Source: an uncultured Gammaproteobacteria bacterium
Lineage (GTDB): Bacteria; Patescibacteriota; Microgenomatia; UBA10105; UBA927
NCBI GenBank assembly: GCA_964596355.1
Contig: CAZQTD010000001.1
Location: 4,446 to 68,445 of the forward strand
Direction: 5' to 3'
DNA: 64,000 nt
The translations under genes and the position numbers were made by a program. Every line of letters starts with the position of its first letter. The stretch's first letter is position 1. Of this stretch, positions 1 through 8,267 are shown piece by piece. A model generated the notes under the pieces. It did not search any database and had not been told where the DNA came from. It saw only the letters and a list, made by a program, of their open reading frames with translations.

Positions 1-256
1 ACTCGATACGCATGGCCATTGCCGGAAGAACACGTGCCCCCAGATGATCTTGAACAAGCGCAACAATGTTGCGCACGTACTCGGTTGATTCTGTAGAAAT
101 AATGTCCACCCCGCCTGAAATTCGATGCTCGATACTGACTGTTACCCTTCTTTCAATCGCCGCAAGAAGCGCCGGCTTGCCGTAGACCGCCGCATGCTCC
201 CCCATCAAATAAATCTTGCCCGGAGCAGATACGACAACTCGTCGTTGTTTTTTCAT
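1..256 (-). CDS. mvk: mevalonate kinase (GHMP kinase), N-terminal part only; gene continues past window start
   Basis: Reverse-strand translation from the ATG at 256-254 gives [35 protein letters not shown]..., the GHMP-kinase N-terminal signature (APGK.ILFGEHAVVYG). No stop before position 1. Confidence 0.75.
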   Translation of the reverse strand, partial: MKKQRRVVVSAPGKIYLMGEHAAVYGKPALLAAIERRVTVSIEHRISGGVDIISTESTEYVRNIVALVQDHLGARVLPAMAMRIE

Positions 257-291
257 TTGTATGTTCACGTATTGACTATGTGATTATCCGT

Positions 292-636
292 TTATTCTAT
301 CGGTTTTGCCTTCAGCCCATACGGAATCACATCATCGTGTTGAGGCTCACCGATACGTCGAATCACCAGCTCAACGCGCTGCCCCACGGTGAGATGCTCC
401 TTGTGCCAGTCCACAAGCTGCAGACACATTCTGTCAGTTCCCACATCTACTAAAACCACGGGGTACGGCGCAAAGCTCGCAAACCCTCCGGGTGGAACGC
501 GAACAATTGTCCACGACACGATCGTCCCGATTTTTCCCACCATTCGGGCAACTTTGTGTTGATTTCTCCAAACTTTAACAGGACTAACCATCGTGCAAAT
601 TCCAAATCCTAAGCACCAAATCCAAAATAATATCAA
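292..636 (-). CDS. DUF35-family OB-fold protein (archaeal thiolase/HMG-CoA synthase scaffold-type); Zn-ribbon appears absent; start possibly at 591
   Basis: ORF track 114 aa. The segment GKIGTIVSWTIVRVPPGGFASFAPYPVVLVDVGTDRMCLQLVD...GQRVELVIRRIG matches the DUF35 OB-fold pattern. It lies immediately downstream of thiolase and HMGCS in the same orientation. Confidence 0.55.
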   Translation of the reverse strand: MILFWIWCLGFGICTMVSPVKVWRNQHKVARMVGKIGTIVSWTIVRVPPGGFASFAPYPVVLVDVGTDRMCLQLVDWHKEHLTVGQRVELVIRRIGEPQHDDVIPYGLKAKPIE

Positions 637-735
637 AATTCAAATACTCAATTTCAAAACCTTTAGTTATTGAAGTTTCGATAGGTAAATTTATTTTGGA
701 TTTAGGATTTTGTGCTTTGAATAGTTCTAAAAAGA

Positions 736-1947
736 TTACTCTTTTTTAAGTATATGTATCACCGCTGTCGCTCCGCTTCCTCCAACGTTATGCGCAAGTC
801 CTACTGTCGCTCCGTTAACCTGCCGATCGCCCGCCCTCCCAAGCAACTGGTCAACCAGTTCAACGACCTGCTTAACGCCGGTTGCTCCTACTGGATGGCC
901 GCAACCTTTAAGTCCTCCTGACGGATTGACAACCAGCCGTTTTCGAAGCGGATGATTGGCAGATTCTTTGCGAGTCCCGCTGTCATTCAGTGCAGTTTCT
1001 CCTCTGGCTATAGCTCCTGCCGCGCTTCCTTTTTCATAGAACCCTAAATCTTCCATGGCAAGAATCTCTGCAATAGTAAAACAGTCATGCACTTCTGCTA
1101 CGTCTATGTCCTTGGGCTCTACCCCCGCCTGTTTGTACGCTTGGCGCGCGGCTTGTTGCGTGGCTCGCAACTCCGTTAAGCTCGCCCGACCAGACAATCC
1201 CAAGGAGTCCGTTACCACTGCCGAGGCGGCAATGTTGATGCGTTTGTTATTTTTTGTTTGTTGTCTGCCGCTCCGGACGGCGGATTTGTCGTTTGCGATA
1301 ATAACTGCCGCCGCGCCGTCTGAAATCGGCGAACACATAAGAAGCCGAAGCGGATCAGCGACGCACGGACTTTTGAGAACCTGATCAACCGTAATGCGTG
1401 AGCGAAACTGGGCATTGGGATTTAATCGTGCGTGATAGTGATTTTTTACCGCAACGGACGCCAATTCTTTCTCTGTAGTCCCGTACGCTTGCATGTGTGC
1501 GCGAGCAAGAAGCGCGTATAACGCCGGAAACGACGCGCCTGCTCGCCGTTCTTCTTCGCTCCCTGCTCCCATGAGCGCACGCGCGACGTCTTCGGGCTTA
1601 TGGTCGCTCATCTTTTCTACTCCCAACACAGCGACGGTTTCGTATTGACCGGAAAGAACGCTCATGACTGCCGTGTGAAGCGCAAGCGCTCCCGATGCGC
1701 AGGCACCTTCTACTTTTATCGCAGGAGCGTCAACGCCCAGCTCTTCGGCGAAAAACGCGCCTAAATGCTCCTGACCGCCGAGCATGCCGGACAGCATGTT
1801 GCCGACAAAAAGCGCGTCTATCATATCGGCGGTGAGTCCGGCGTCATTAAGCGCATTGCCCAACGCGCGGCGCGCAAGCGTCCTTGGAGATATATCCCAC
1901 AATTCTCCAAATTTGGTCGTAGCCGCTCCGACAATTACTGTATTCAT
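736..1947 (-). CDS. acetyl-CoA acetyltransferase / thiolase-like (archaeal type)
   Basis: 403 aa. Thiolase-like with two catalytic-Cys regions (VEGACASGALAL; CFTIAEI). Sits in the operon with HMGCS and DUF35. Confidence 0.8.
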   Translation of the reverse strand: MNTVIVGAATTKFGELWDISPRTLARRALGNALNDAGLTADMIDALFVGNMLSGMLGGQEHLGAFFAEELGVDAPAIKVEGACASGALALHTAVMSVLSGQYETVAVLGVEKMSDHKPEDVARALMGAGSEEERRAGASFPALYALLARAHMQAYGTTEKELASVAVKNHYHARLNPNAQFRSRITVDQVLKSPCVADPLRLLMCSPISDGAAAVIIANDKSAVRSGRQQTKNNKRINIAASAVVTDSLGLSGRASLTELRATQQAARQAYKQAGVEPKDIDVAEVHDCFTIAEILAMEDLGFYEKGSAAGAIARGETALNDSGTRKESANHPLRKRLVVNPSGGLKGCGHPVGATGVKQVVELVDQLLGRAGDRQVNGATVGLAHNVGGSGATAVIHILKKE

Positions 1948-2013
1948 GGTTCAACGTTCATAGTTCATGGTTCATTGTATTGCCATGAGTCATGAACGAA
2001 TCCGTAACAACTG

Positions 2014-3081
2014 CTAAATTTTATGTGTTTGCTTTAAATACCGCACGTAATTAATATAGCGCTTGTTTCTTATCTGATCTTTCACCGTACTACTCATCGT
2101 TCGTTTCGCAGCCTGAATTGTTGTAATTTCACCGGTTACTTTCCATGCAAACGCGTCACTTCCTGCTCCTGATCCGTACGAAACCATGAAAATAGATGCT
2201 CCCGGTTTCGCCTCATCCAAGATAGCGGCAAGGCCTAACATGCTCGACGCAGTATAGGGATTGCCGACCACATCAACGAGTAAAGAGGTAGCAAGCTGTG
2301 AATCGGTAAACCCCAGACGGCCAGCGGCGTCTCGCGGAAATTTACCGTTGGGCATGTGAAACACGCAGTAATCAAAATCTTTTGGTCCGCATTTGACCGT
2401 TTCAAAAAGGCGGTTCGCAGCGCCCATCACATGGGCGAAATACGCAGGCTCGCCGGTAAACCGGCCCGCGTGTGATGGATACCGAATGCCATCCCTCCTC
2501 CAAAAATCCGGCGTATCAGAGGAATATGACGTAAATGCCACCAACTCTGCCAGTATCCCTCCTCTATCACCTGTATCTCTCCCGAGGAGAATCGCCGCCC
2601 CTGCTGCGGCCGACGTATACTCAAGCGCATCGTGAGGCTTGCTCTGGGCTGTATCCGCGCCAATAGCCAGACCGCACGATATCTGATCAGAAGCCAAAAG
2701 ACCGGCAACTGCCTGAATTGCAGTCGTTCCTGCTTTACACGCAAATTCTAAATCCGATGCGACGTAATGATGGCCAATGCCAAGAAGCTCACCGACGATG
2801 GTAGAAGTTGGGTTAACCGCATACGGATGACTTTCACTCCCGACGAACAATGCCTCAATGTCTGTGGGTTTCCATGGATGTTTACCATACGGTGCGAAGC
2901 ACCGACGCGCCGCCTCAAGCGCGATCGTTACTGCATCTTCGTCTATGCCGGGAACGGATTTTTCCGAAATGCCAAGCGTTTGAGAAACATCCACGACCTC
3001 CTTGCCCCACGCCATGGCTATGTCGCGTGTTTTTATGCGATATGGCGGTATATACGTACCGTAGGAAACAATGCCAACCAT
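2014..3081 (-). CDS. hydroxymethylglutaryl-CoA synthase (archaeal-type)
   Basis: 355 aa. N-terminus MVGIVSYGTYIPPYRI, and overall similarity to the HMGCS/FabH-like fold. Confidence 0.8.
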   Translation of the reverse strand: MVGIVSYGTYIPPYRIKTRDIAMAWGKEVVDVSQTLGISEKSVPGIDEDAVTIALEAARRCFAPYGKHPWKPTDIEALFVGSESHPYAVNPTSTIVGELLGIGHHYVASDLEFACKAGTTAIQAVAGLLASDQISCGLAIGADTAQSKPHDALEYTSAAAGAAILLGRDTGDRGGILAELVAFTSYSSDTPDFWRRDGIRYPSHAGRFTGEPAYFAHVMGAANRLFETVKCGPKDFDYCVFHMPNGKFPRDAAGRLGFTDSQLATSLLVDVVGNPYTASSMLGLAAILDEAKPGASIFMVSYGSGAGSDAFAWKVTGEITTIQAAKRTMSSTVKDQIRNKRYINYVRYLKQTHKI

Positions 3082-3107
3082 AGAAATAAATCTCTAAACT
3101 CTAATTT

Positions 3108-4286
3108 CTAAATTCGACATCCCCTCCCCAATCTCTGATGTGCCCTTGCTAAACTTCCTTCTGCAAGCGAGCTTAACAGCGAAATTTCTCCGGCTAGTGC
3201 CGTCGCGCCGACAATTTCCGCAAACTTTTGTGCATTTTTCCCGTCGTTGCCGCCTGCAATACCGAGTATCGACAGCGCCTCCTTTTGCGTGGCTAACCCC
3301 GTCCCGCCTCCCACTGTCCCAACCATGAGATCAGGAAGGCAGACGCTTATATAAAGTGCGTGTTCATCATCGAATGCCCCGGGAACAACCTCGCACGTTG
3401 TTATCCCGATGCTCCCCTCTCCGACGTGTCCGAGGTCTTGACCGGTTGCCAAAAACAAAGCAGCAATGACGTTTGCGTATTGAGCGTTGAATCCCAATGA
3501 GCCGGACAGGGCGCTTCCAATCATGCATTTAGCAAGCCATACCTCATATACCTTTTTTGCTGTCGTTTTTAGCACGCGGGTTAGAACAGTAGGCGGAATC
3601 GTAATCTCTGCGCATACGGTCGTGCCTCGATTCTCAATCGCATTGAGCCAAGAGGGTTTTTTATCAATGTCAAAGTTTCCCGCAAGCGAAAGACACGTGA
3701 CGCCGGTTTTTTGCTCTATATATGAAACAAGCTCGTTCGTGGCAATCGTAACCATATTCATGCCCATAGCGTCTGCGGTATTGAAAACAAAGCGTATGTA
3801 CCGGTATCGCCCTGCTGATCGAGTCAGCAGGCTTTCAAGCATCAAGTGGCGCGACGTTTGTTTCGCAACCTCCCGTAACTCATCAAGATTATCCTTTAAA
3901 AAGGTCTGCAGTGCGTCGCTTTCCTTCAAATCTTTTACCCGAAATACCGGCCCGCGTGTCGCGCCCACGCGGTGACTGTCAACAAATGCGCCGCCGCTTT
4001 CGGTAATTGCCTTGCATCCACGATTGACAGACGCTACGAGCGCTCCTTCGGTTGTAGCTAAAGGAACATAATAGGCAGATGAAACGCGAGATTTGACATT
4101 TGAAATGTTTAATGGCCCTGCCACTCCAACCGGTACCTGAACTGCGCCAATCATATTTTCACACGAACGACTGGCAGCGATAGATTCATCCAGCGTGAAT
4201 GCGCCGATGTTTGAAAGGTCACACGACAGCTCCTTTTCCAAAGCTTCTCGTCTCTCTTTAACTGATTTGAAATTCCTTGTGTTCAT
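3108..4286 (-). CDS. HMG-CoA reductase, class I-like
   Basis: 392 aa with the DAMGMNMV motif and the EITIPPTVL/GTVGGGT segments typical of class I HMGR catalytic domains. Confidence 0.8.
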   Translation of the reverse strand: MNTRNFKSVKERREALEKELSCDLSNIGAFTLDESIAASRSCENMIGAVQVPVGVAGPLNISNVKSRVSSAYYVPLATTEGALVASVNRGCKAITESGGAFVDSHRVGATRGPVFRVKDLKESDALQTFLKDNLDELREVAKQTSRHLMLESLLTRSAGRYRYIRFVFNTADAMGMNMVTIATNELVSYIEQKTGVTCLSLAGNFDIDKKPSWLNAIENRGTTVCAEITIPPTVLTRVLKTTAKKVYEVWLAKCMIGSALSGSLGFNAQYANVIAALFLATGQDLGHVGEGSIGITTCEVVPGAFDDEHALYISVCLPDLMVGTVGGGTGLATQKEALSILGIAGGNDGKNAQKFAEIVGATALAGEISLLSSLAEGSLARAHQRLGRGCRI

Positions 4287-4341
4287 ACGTTTCTATCATC
4301 CATTGCGTATTCCGCAGCGCACATTCCTTGTATTCGATTAT

Positions 4342-4959
4342 TCAAAGGAACGGTATCCGAAATATCCCCAATTGATACATCCCAATACTGTATATTCCCA
4401 ACGCAGGAAGCCCAACAGCGCTGACAAAGAGAATGTTGCCTAACGTCAGCCGCATGCCGAATCGAAGCGCAAGGTAACAAAGCATCGTTTTCCATGTAAG
4501 AAGTGTCGCGGAGAATACAAGGTAGAGCATGCTAAAAAGGATTCCCTTGGTGCTTGTGGTTCTCGGCGGCGGGATGACGATGTAAAGAAGCGAGGTCACC
4601 AAAAACCAGTACGTTGTCGGTACAAGCGTATAACCCCAGCCAATGGCAAAACGCTTAAGCGTCCCCCCTGCGTGAATTGCGCGTCCCAGAAGCCACCACA
4701 GCCCAACTGCAACACCATAAGAAACAACAGCGGCAGCAAAAAGCACGACAAACTGGCGCGTCAGGAGAAACGGCCGAAACGCCGCGGTTTTGACAAACGA
4801 CGCCAGAGAAAAATAGCCGGCGACGAAAGCGGCGATGAATGCTAAATCCCACGCGTTTCCGCGGTCAATGATCCTGCGCATGGTTTCATACGGACGCGTC
4901 ATAAGGCCAACCATATGCCGCCCAAACGCCACAGACGCTACAAGAAGCTGATCTCCCAT
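4342..4959 (-). CDS. polytopic membrane protein (Yip1-like?), function unknown
   Basis: 205 aa with 5-6 hydrophobic segments. No catalytic motif recognised. Confidence 0.4.
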   Translation of the reverse strand: MGDQLLVASVAFGRHMVGLMTRPYETMRRIIDRGNAWDLAFIAAFVAGYFSLASFVKTAAFRPFLLTRQFVVLFAAAVVSYGVAVGLWWLLGRAIHAGGTLKRFAIGWGYTLVPTTYWFLVTSLLYIVIPPPRTTSTKGILFSMLYLVFSATLLTWKTMLCYLALRFGMRLTLGNILFVSAVGLPALGIYSIGMYQLGIFRIPFL

Positions 4960-5004
4960 ATACGTACATCTCGTTAGTCGGAAAATGCGGCAAAACCCTT
5001 CGCC

Positions 5005-5232
5005 TTAGAACCCCCGCTGAAGATAACTGACTAGAAGAGTAATTGCGGATCCAAGCATCGCGTACAGGCCAATAACAATGAATAGCGAGCCAATCACCAT
5101 GATCGGCCAAGGCATAGTTTTAAGCCGTTTGACCGCCTTTTTGTAATAGGGCGTCAATGGACCAACGGATTGCGGCGGCAGGTCGGTTACTTCCTCCCAT
5201 CGCTTGACGAATTTTTTATACGTCGTACTCAT
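5005..5232 (-). CDS. putative anti-sigma factor (single-pass membrane protein)
   Basis: 75 aa with one C-terminal TM helix. Its start overlaps the stop of the upstream ECF sigma gene (ATGA overlap at 5229-5232). Confidence 0.4.
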   Translation of the reverse strand: MSTTYKKFVKRWEEVTDLPPQSVGPLTPYYKKAVKRLKTMPWPIMVIGSLFIVIGLYAMLGSAITLLVSYLQRGF

Positions 5233-5783
5233 TGTAGTGAAATGAATAGCTCCGCAAATGCTTTCCTTGCGCGAAAAAGCTGTGATTCCGCGCCTTTGAC
5301 GCTCAAGGCGAATGTTTTGGCTATCTCCGATACCGATAAATTCTCTATGTATTTTAACTCAAGGATCTTTCGGTACCGGGGTAACATCCGACTCATGACG
5401 GCATGAATTTTTTCTTTCAGAATCGTCGCGTCGAACTCCTCTTCAGGCTCCAAAAGCGGCGAAACGAGTTCACCTATGTTCGGCATCTGCGAAAAGAGAA
5501 GTTGCTTAAGTTTTTTCTTTCGGTAGTAGTCAACAATTTTATGGTGGCAGATGGCAAACAAAAACGTCGTAAGGCTTGATTTCCCCTCAAAATCACGGAT
5601 GGCTTCCAAAAAGTCATAGAGCGTATCCTGCAAAATCTCCTGCGCATCTGCTGCGTTAGTAACTCTGGCGCGGATCAGGCGCGCAAGCCGCGGCGCAAAC
5701 CTGCGGTAAAAGGCAAGAAGCGCTGTTCTGTCGCGCGCCAGGATGCGCGCAATCATCTGCTGATCATCGATCGTGTCATGCAT
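5229..5783 (-). CDS. ECF-type RNA polymerase sigma-70 family factor
   Basis: 184 aa. Region 2 (DTLYDFLEAIRDFEGKSSLTTFLFAICHHKIVDYYRKK) and region 4 HTH (LELKYIENLSVSEIAKTFALSVKGAESQLFRARKAF). Confidence 0.8.
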   Translation of the reverse strand: MHDTIDDQQMIARILARDRTALLAFYRRFAPRLARLIRARVTNAADAQEILQDTLYDFLEAIRDFEGKSSLTTFLFAICHHKIVDYYRKKKLKQLLFSQMPNIGELVSPLLEPEEEFDATILKEKIHAVMSRMLPRYRKILELKYIENLSVSEIAKTFALSVKGAESQLFRARKAFAELFISLQ

Positions 5784-5829
5784 GAAAAACAGTCTTTTGA
5801 CTATAGCATAGACGGTCTAACGCCTCAAA

Positions 5830-5858
5830 TTGACAGGAGCGGCCTTCTTCCGTACACT
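5830..5858 (+). promoter_or_regulatory. sigma-70-like promoter upstream of first pilin gene: TTGACA, 17-nt spacer, TACACT
   Basis: TTGACA at 5830-5835, 17-nt spacer, TACACT at 5853-5858. AGAGAGG RBS at 5863-5869, then ATG at 5876. Confidence 0.4.
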
Positions 5859-5875
5859 GAAAGAGAGGCGCTTCC

Positions 5876-6190
5876 ATGCAACGAGTATTTGCAAAGGTAG
5901 ACATTCAAGAGGTCTTCGAACCCGCTCAATCCTTTGACACATTGGGGGGCTTGGTGTCTGTTGTCGTAAAAAACGCCTTCATGCTTGCCGGCGTCATTGC
6001 CTTTGTTTTGTTGATTTTCGGCGGATTTGGCGTTATAGTTGCAGCGGGATCCGGCGACACGAAAAAAATGGAGTCGGGTAAAAAAGCTATAACCGGCGCG
6101 GTAACCGGTTTAGTAATCGTCGTCGGATCGCTATGGATTATTCAGATTATTGAAACGCTCACAGGTATCCCGATACTCAAGTCGAGATAA
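5876..6190 (+). CDS. TrbC/VirB2-like T4SS pilin paralog 1
   Basis: 104 aa. Hydrophobic core then GSGDTKKMESGKKAITGAVTGLVIVVGSLW; shares the GG.W.TSGGD..K...A...I..A..GLIIV..AW motif with five downstream paralogs. Confidence 0.6.
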   Translation: MQRVFAKVDIQEVFEPAQSFDTLGGLVSVVVKNAFMLAGVIAFVLLIFGGFGVIVAAGSGDTKKMESGKKAITGAVTGLVIVVGSLWIIQIIETLTGIPILKSR

Positions 6191-6195
6191 CACGT

Positions 6196-6585
6196 ATGAA
6201 ACGGAAACTACCCCTGTTTGCAACCACAGGATCAATCACCGATATCGTCGGAACGGTTGACAATCCGCTGCCCGATCGGTACAAAAACCTCGTCTCCTCG
6301 GGCAGTCAACCCGGCGGACTTATCCTGTTTCTGACCAATATCCTGCGGCTTGTGTTTGTCGCCGCAGGCATCTATGCCTTCATTAATTTTATCATTGCCG
6401 GCTTTCAATACATGCAGGCAGGCGGCGACAGCAAGCAGCTCCAGCAGGCATGGGACCGGATTTGGCAATCCCTTCTGGGGCTTGTGATTATCGTCGGGTC
6501 ATTTGCCTTGGCTGCACTTCTGGGACAATTGTTGTTTGGAAACGCGGGATTTATTTTAAACCCGCAGATTTACGGACCCAACTAA
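6196..6585 (+). CDS. TrbC/VirB2-like T4SS pilin paralog 2
   Basis: 129 aa; ...AGFQYMQAGGDSKQLQQAWDRIWQSLLGLVIIVGSFALA. Confidence 0.6.
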   Translation: MKRKLPLFATTGSITDIVGTVDNPLPDRYKNLVSSGSQPGGLILFLTNILRLVFVAAGIYAFINFIIAGFQYMQAGGDSKQLQQAWDRIWQSLLGLVIIVGSFALAALLGQLLFGNAGFILNPQIYGPN

Positions 6586-6596
6586 CGCAGCACGCC

Positions 6597-6989
6597 ATGA
6601 GGATATTCGCGCAACAAACCACCGGCACATCTCTTGGCCGCCTCGGCGGCGAGCAGGGGTTGGGGCCGTTTGGCAACATAAGCCTTTCACAAGAAGCAGG
6701 CCTTGCCGGCATAACAAACTTGGTTTCGTCAGTCGTCGGATTTATGACGGTTGCTGCGGCCATCTGGTTTTTGTTTAACATTCTCTACGGCGGCTACGAG
6801 TGGCTCACTAGCGGCGGCGATGCAAAAAAATTGGCAAGCGCGCGCGATCACATTACGCACGCGTTTATTGGCCTTATTATCGTCGTGGGCGCATGGACTT
6901 TGCTTGCTGTCGCCGGACAATTTTTTGGGTATAATATCCTCATTGATCCTGCTGAAGTAACCAGACAACTCCAAATACAAGCGCCTTAA
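6597..6989 (+). CDS. TrbC/VirB2-like T4SS pilin paralog 3 (start moved to internal ATG 6597)
   Basis: LYGGYEWLTSGGDAKKLASARDHITHAFIGLIIVVGAWTLLAVAG. The upstream part of the tracked ORF overlaps paralog 2 in another frame. Confidence 0.6.
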   Translation: MRIFAQQTTGTSLGRLGGEQGLGPFGNISLSQEAGLAGITNLVSSVVGFMTVAAAIWFLFNILYGGYEWLTSGGDAKKLASARDHITHAFIGLIIVVGAWTLLAVAGQFFGYNILIDPAEVTRQLQIQAP

Positions 6990-6993
6990 GACT

Positions 6994-7410
6994 ATGAGAA
7001 ACGCTCTTCTTGCACAATTGAGAAACCCGGTCCTGCCCGAAAGCATCGGAGGAGGCCAAAATGCCGACTACACCACAGGTGGAACCGCGCTGGGCAAACT
7101 CATCGGAAGTCTCGTTGGAGGACTCCTCATTGCGGCATTCCTCCTTGCGTTCGTCTACATCATTGTCGGCGGGTTTACGTGGATTACTGCAGGCGGCGAT
7201 AAAACCAGACTTGAAGCCGCACGAAACCAAATTATCAATGCAACGATGGGCATCATCATTGTTGCCGCCAGCTGGGCAATTATGACGCTAATTGGAGGAT
7301 TTATCGGGATAAACTTCCCCACTATTCCCATCCCCTCCGTGCCTTCATCACAGTCTGCACCGCAGACTCCACAAAGGTATCAACCGCGGTTTGTGCCATC
7401 CCCAACGTGA
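6994..7410 (+). CDS. TrbC/VirB2-like T4SS pilin paralog 4
   Basis: IVGGFTWITAGGDKTRLEAARNQIINATMGIIIVAASWAIM; Pro/Ser-rich C-terminal tail. Confidence 0.6.
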   Translation: MRNALLAQLRNPVLPESIGGGQNADYTTGGTALGKLIGSLVGGLLIAAFLLAFVYIIVGGFTWITAGGDKTRLEAARNQIINATMGIIIVAASWAIMTLIGGFIGINFPTIPIPSVPSSQSAPQTPQRYQPRFVPSPT

Positions 7411-7486
7411 AGGAGCTATTGACAAAGGGCAGTTCGTTGCATCACAATGGAAAATAGACTATACTATCTAGAACGCAGGAGGGCGT

Positions 7487-7834
7487 ATGCTACCGAAAGT
7501 CTTTGCTCAAGACATTGTAATACAACCGCCGCAGGCCGGCGGTCAACAAATCATCCGCATTGAAAATATCGGAAGCCTCATCTCGGCTGCGGTCGGAGTC
7601 CTCCTTATTCTTTCCGCGCTTCTGGCGTTTTTCTACCTTATCCTTGGAGGCATCCAGTGGATTACTTCCGGCGGAGATAAAGCCGCGATGGAAGCGGCAC
7701 GCAATAAAATTACGCACGCCATTGTCGGACTCATTGTCGTCGGCGCCGCGTGGGCAATCATGATGCTGGTCCAGAACTTTCTGGGCGTGAGCATCATCGG
7801 CGGCAGCGGCATTGATCTACCCAAACCATACTAG
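7487..7834 (+). CDS. TrbC/VirB2-like T4SS pilin paralog 5
   Basis: LILGGIQWITSGGDKAAMEAARNKITHAIVGLIVVGAAWAIM. Confidence 0.6.
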   Translation: MLPKVFAQDIVIQPPQAGGQQIIRIENIGSLISAAVGVLLILSALLAFFYLILGGIQWITSGGDKAAMEAARNKITHAIVGLIVVGAAWAIMMLVQNFLGVSIIGGSGIDLPKPY

Positions 7835-7880
7835 GTCACACTCCCTCTCTTGTGCCGCCGCACATTTTACGAGATAATAG

Positions 7881-8213
7881 TTGTGCATGAATATAGTCTT
7901 CGCCGCAACCAACTGGGGCGGTTGTGTCGTTAACGATGCCGCCACGATCCAGTGTGTGGAGCCGCTGTTTCGAAATGTGCTGCAGGCGCTCGCCGCGCTT
8001 GTAGGCGTTGCGCTGTTTGTCATGCTCATCGTGGGCGGATTTACGTTCCTTTTTTCAGGCGGCGACCAGAAAAAACTCGAGCAGGCCAAAGGCACGGTCA
8101 CCAATGCCATCATCGGCCTGGTCGTCATCGTCGCTGCATACCTGATGTTAAAAACTATTGAATGGTTTACGGGCGTAAATGTAACAACATTTCAACTCAA
8201 TCCGACTCAATAG
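7881..8213 (+). CDS. TrbC/VirB2-like T4SS pilin paralog 6
   Basis: LIVGGFTFLFSGGDQKKLEQAKGTVTNAIIGLVVIVAAYLML. Confidence 0.6.
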   Translation: MCMNIVFAATNWGGCVVNDAATIQCVEPLFRNVLQALAALVGVALFVMLIVGGFTFLFSGGDQKKLEQAKGTVTNAIIGLVVIVAAYLMLKTIEWFTGVNVTTFQLNPTQ

Positions 8214-8267
8214 TCCTCTCTGTGGCATGCTCTTGACGGCGCATGTTCTTTACTCGATAATAAAAAC

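Noticed and set aside
1055-1415. ORF-track entries antisense to the thiolase gene (and similar antisense ORFs at 2393-2744, 3487-3975, 10297-10602, 16651-17460, 25393-26151, 26780-27135, 47410-48201, etc.)
   Set aside because: They lie fully inside longer, motif-supported genes on the other strand and have low-complexity or Arg/Cys-rich translations typical of GC-rich antisense frames.
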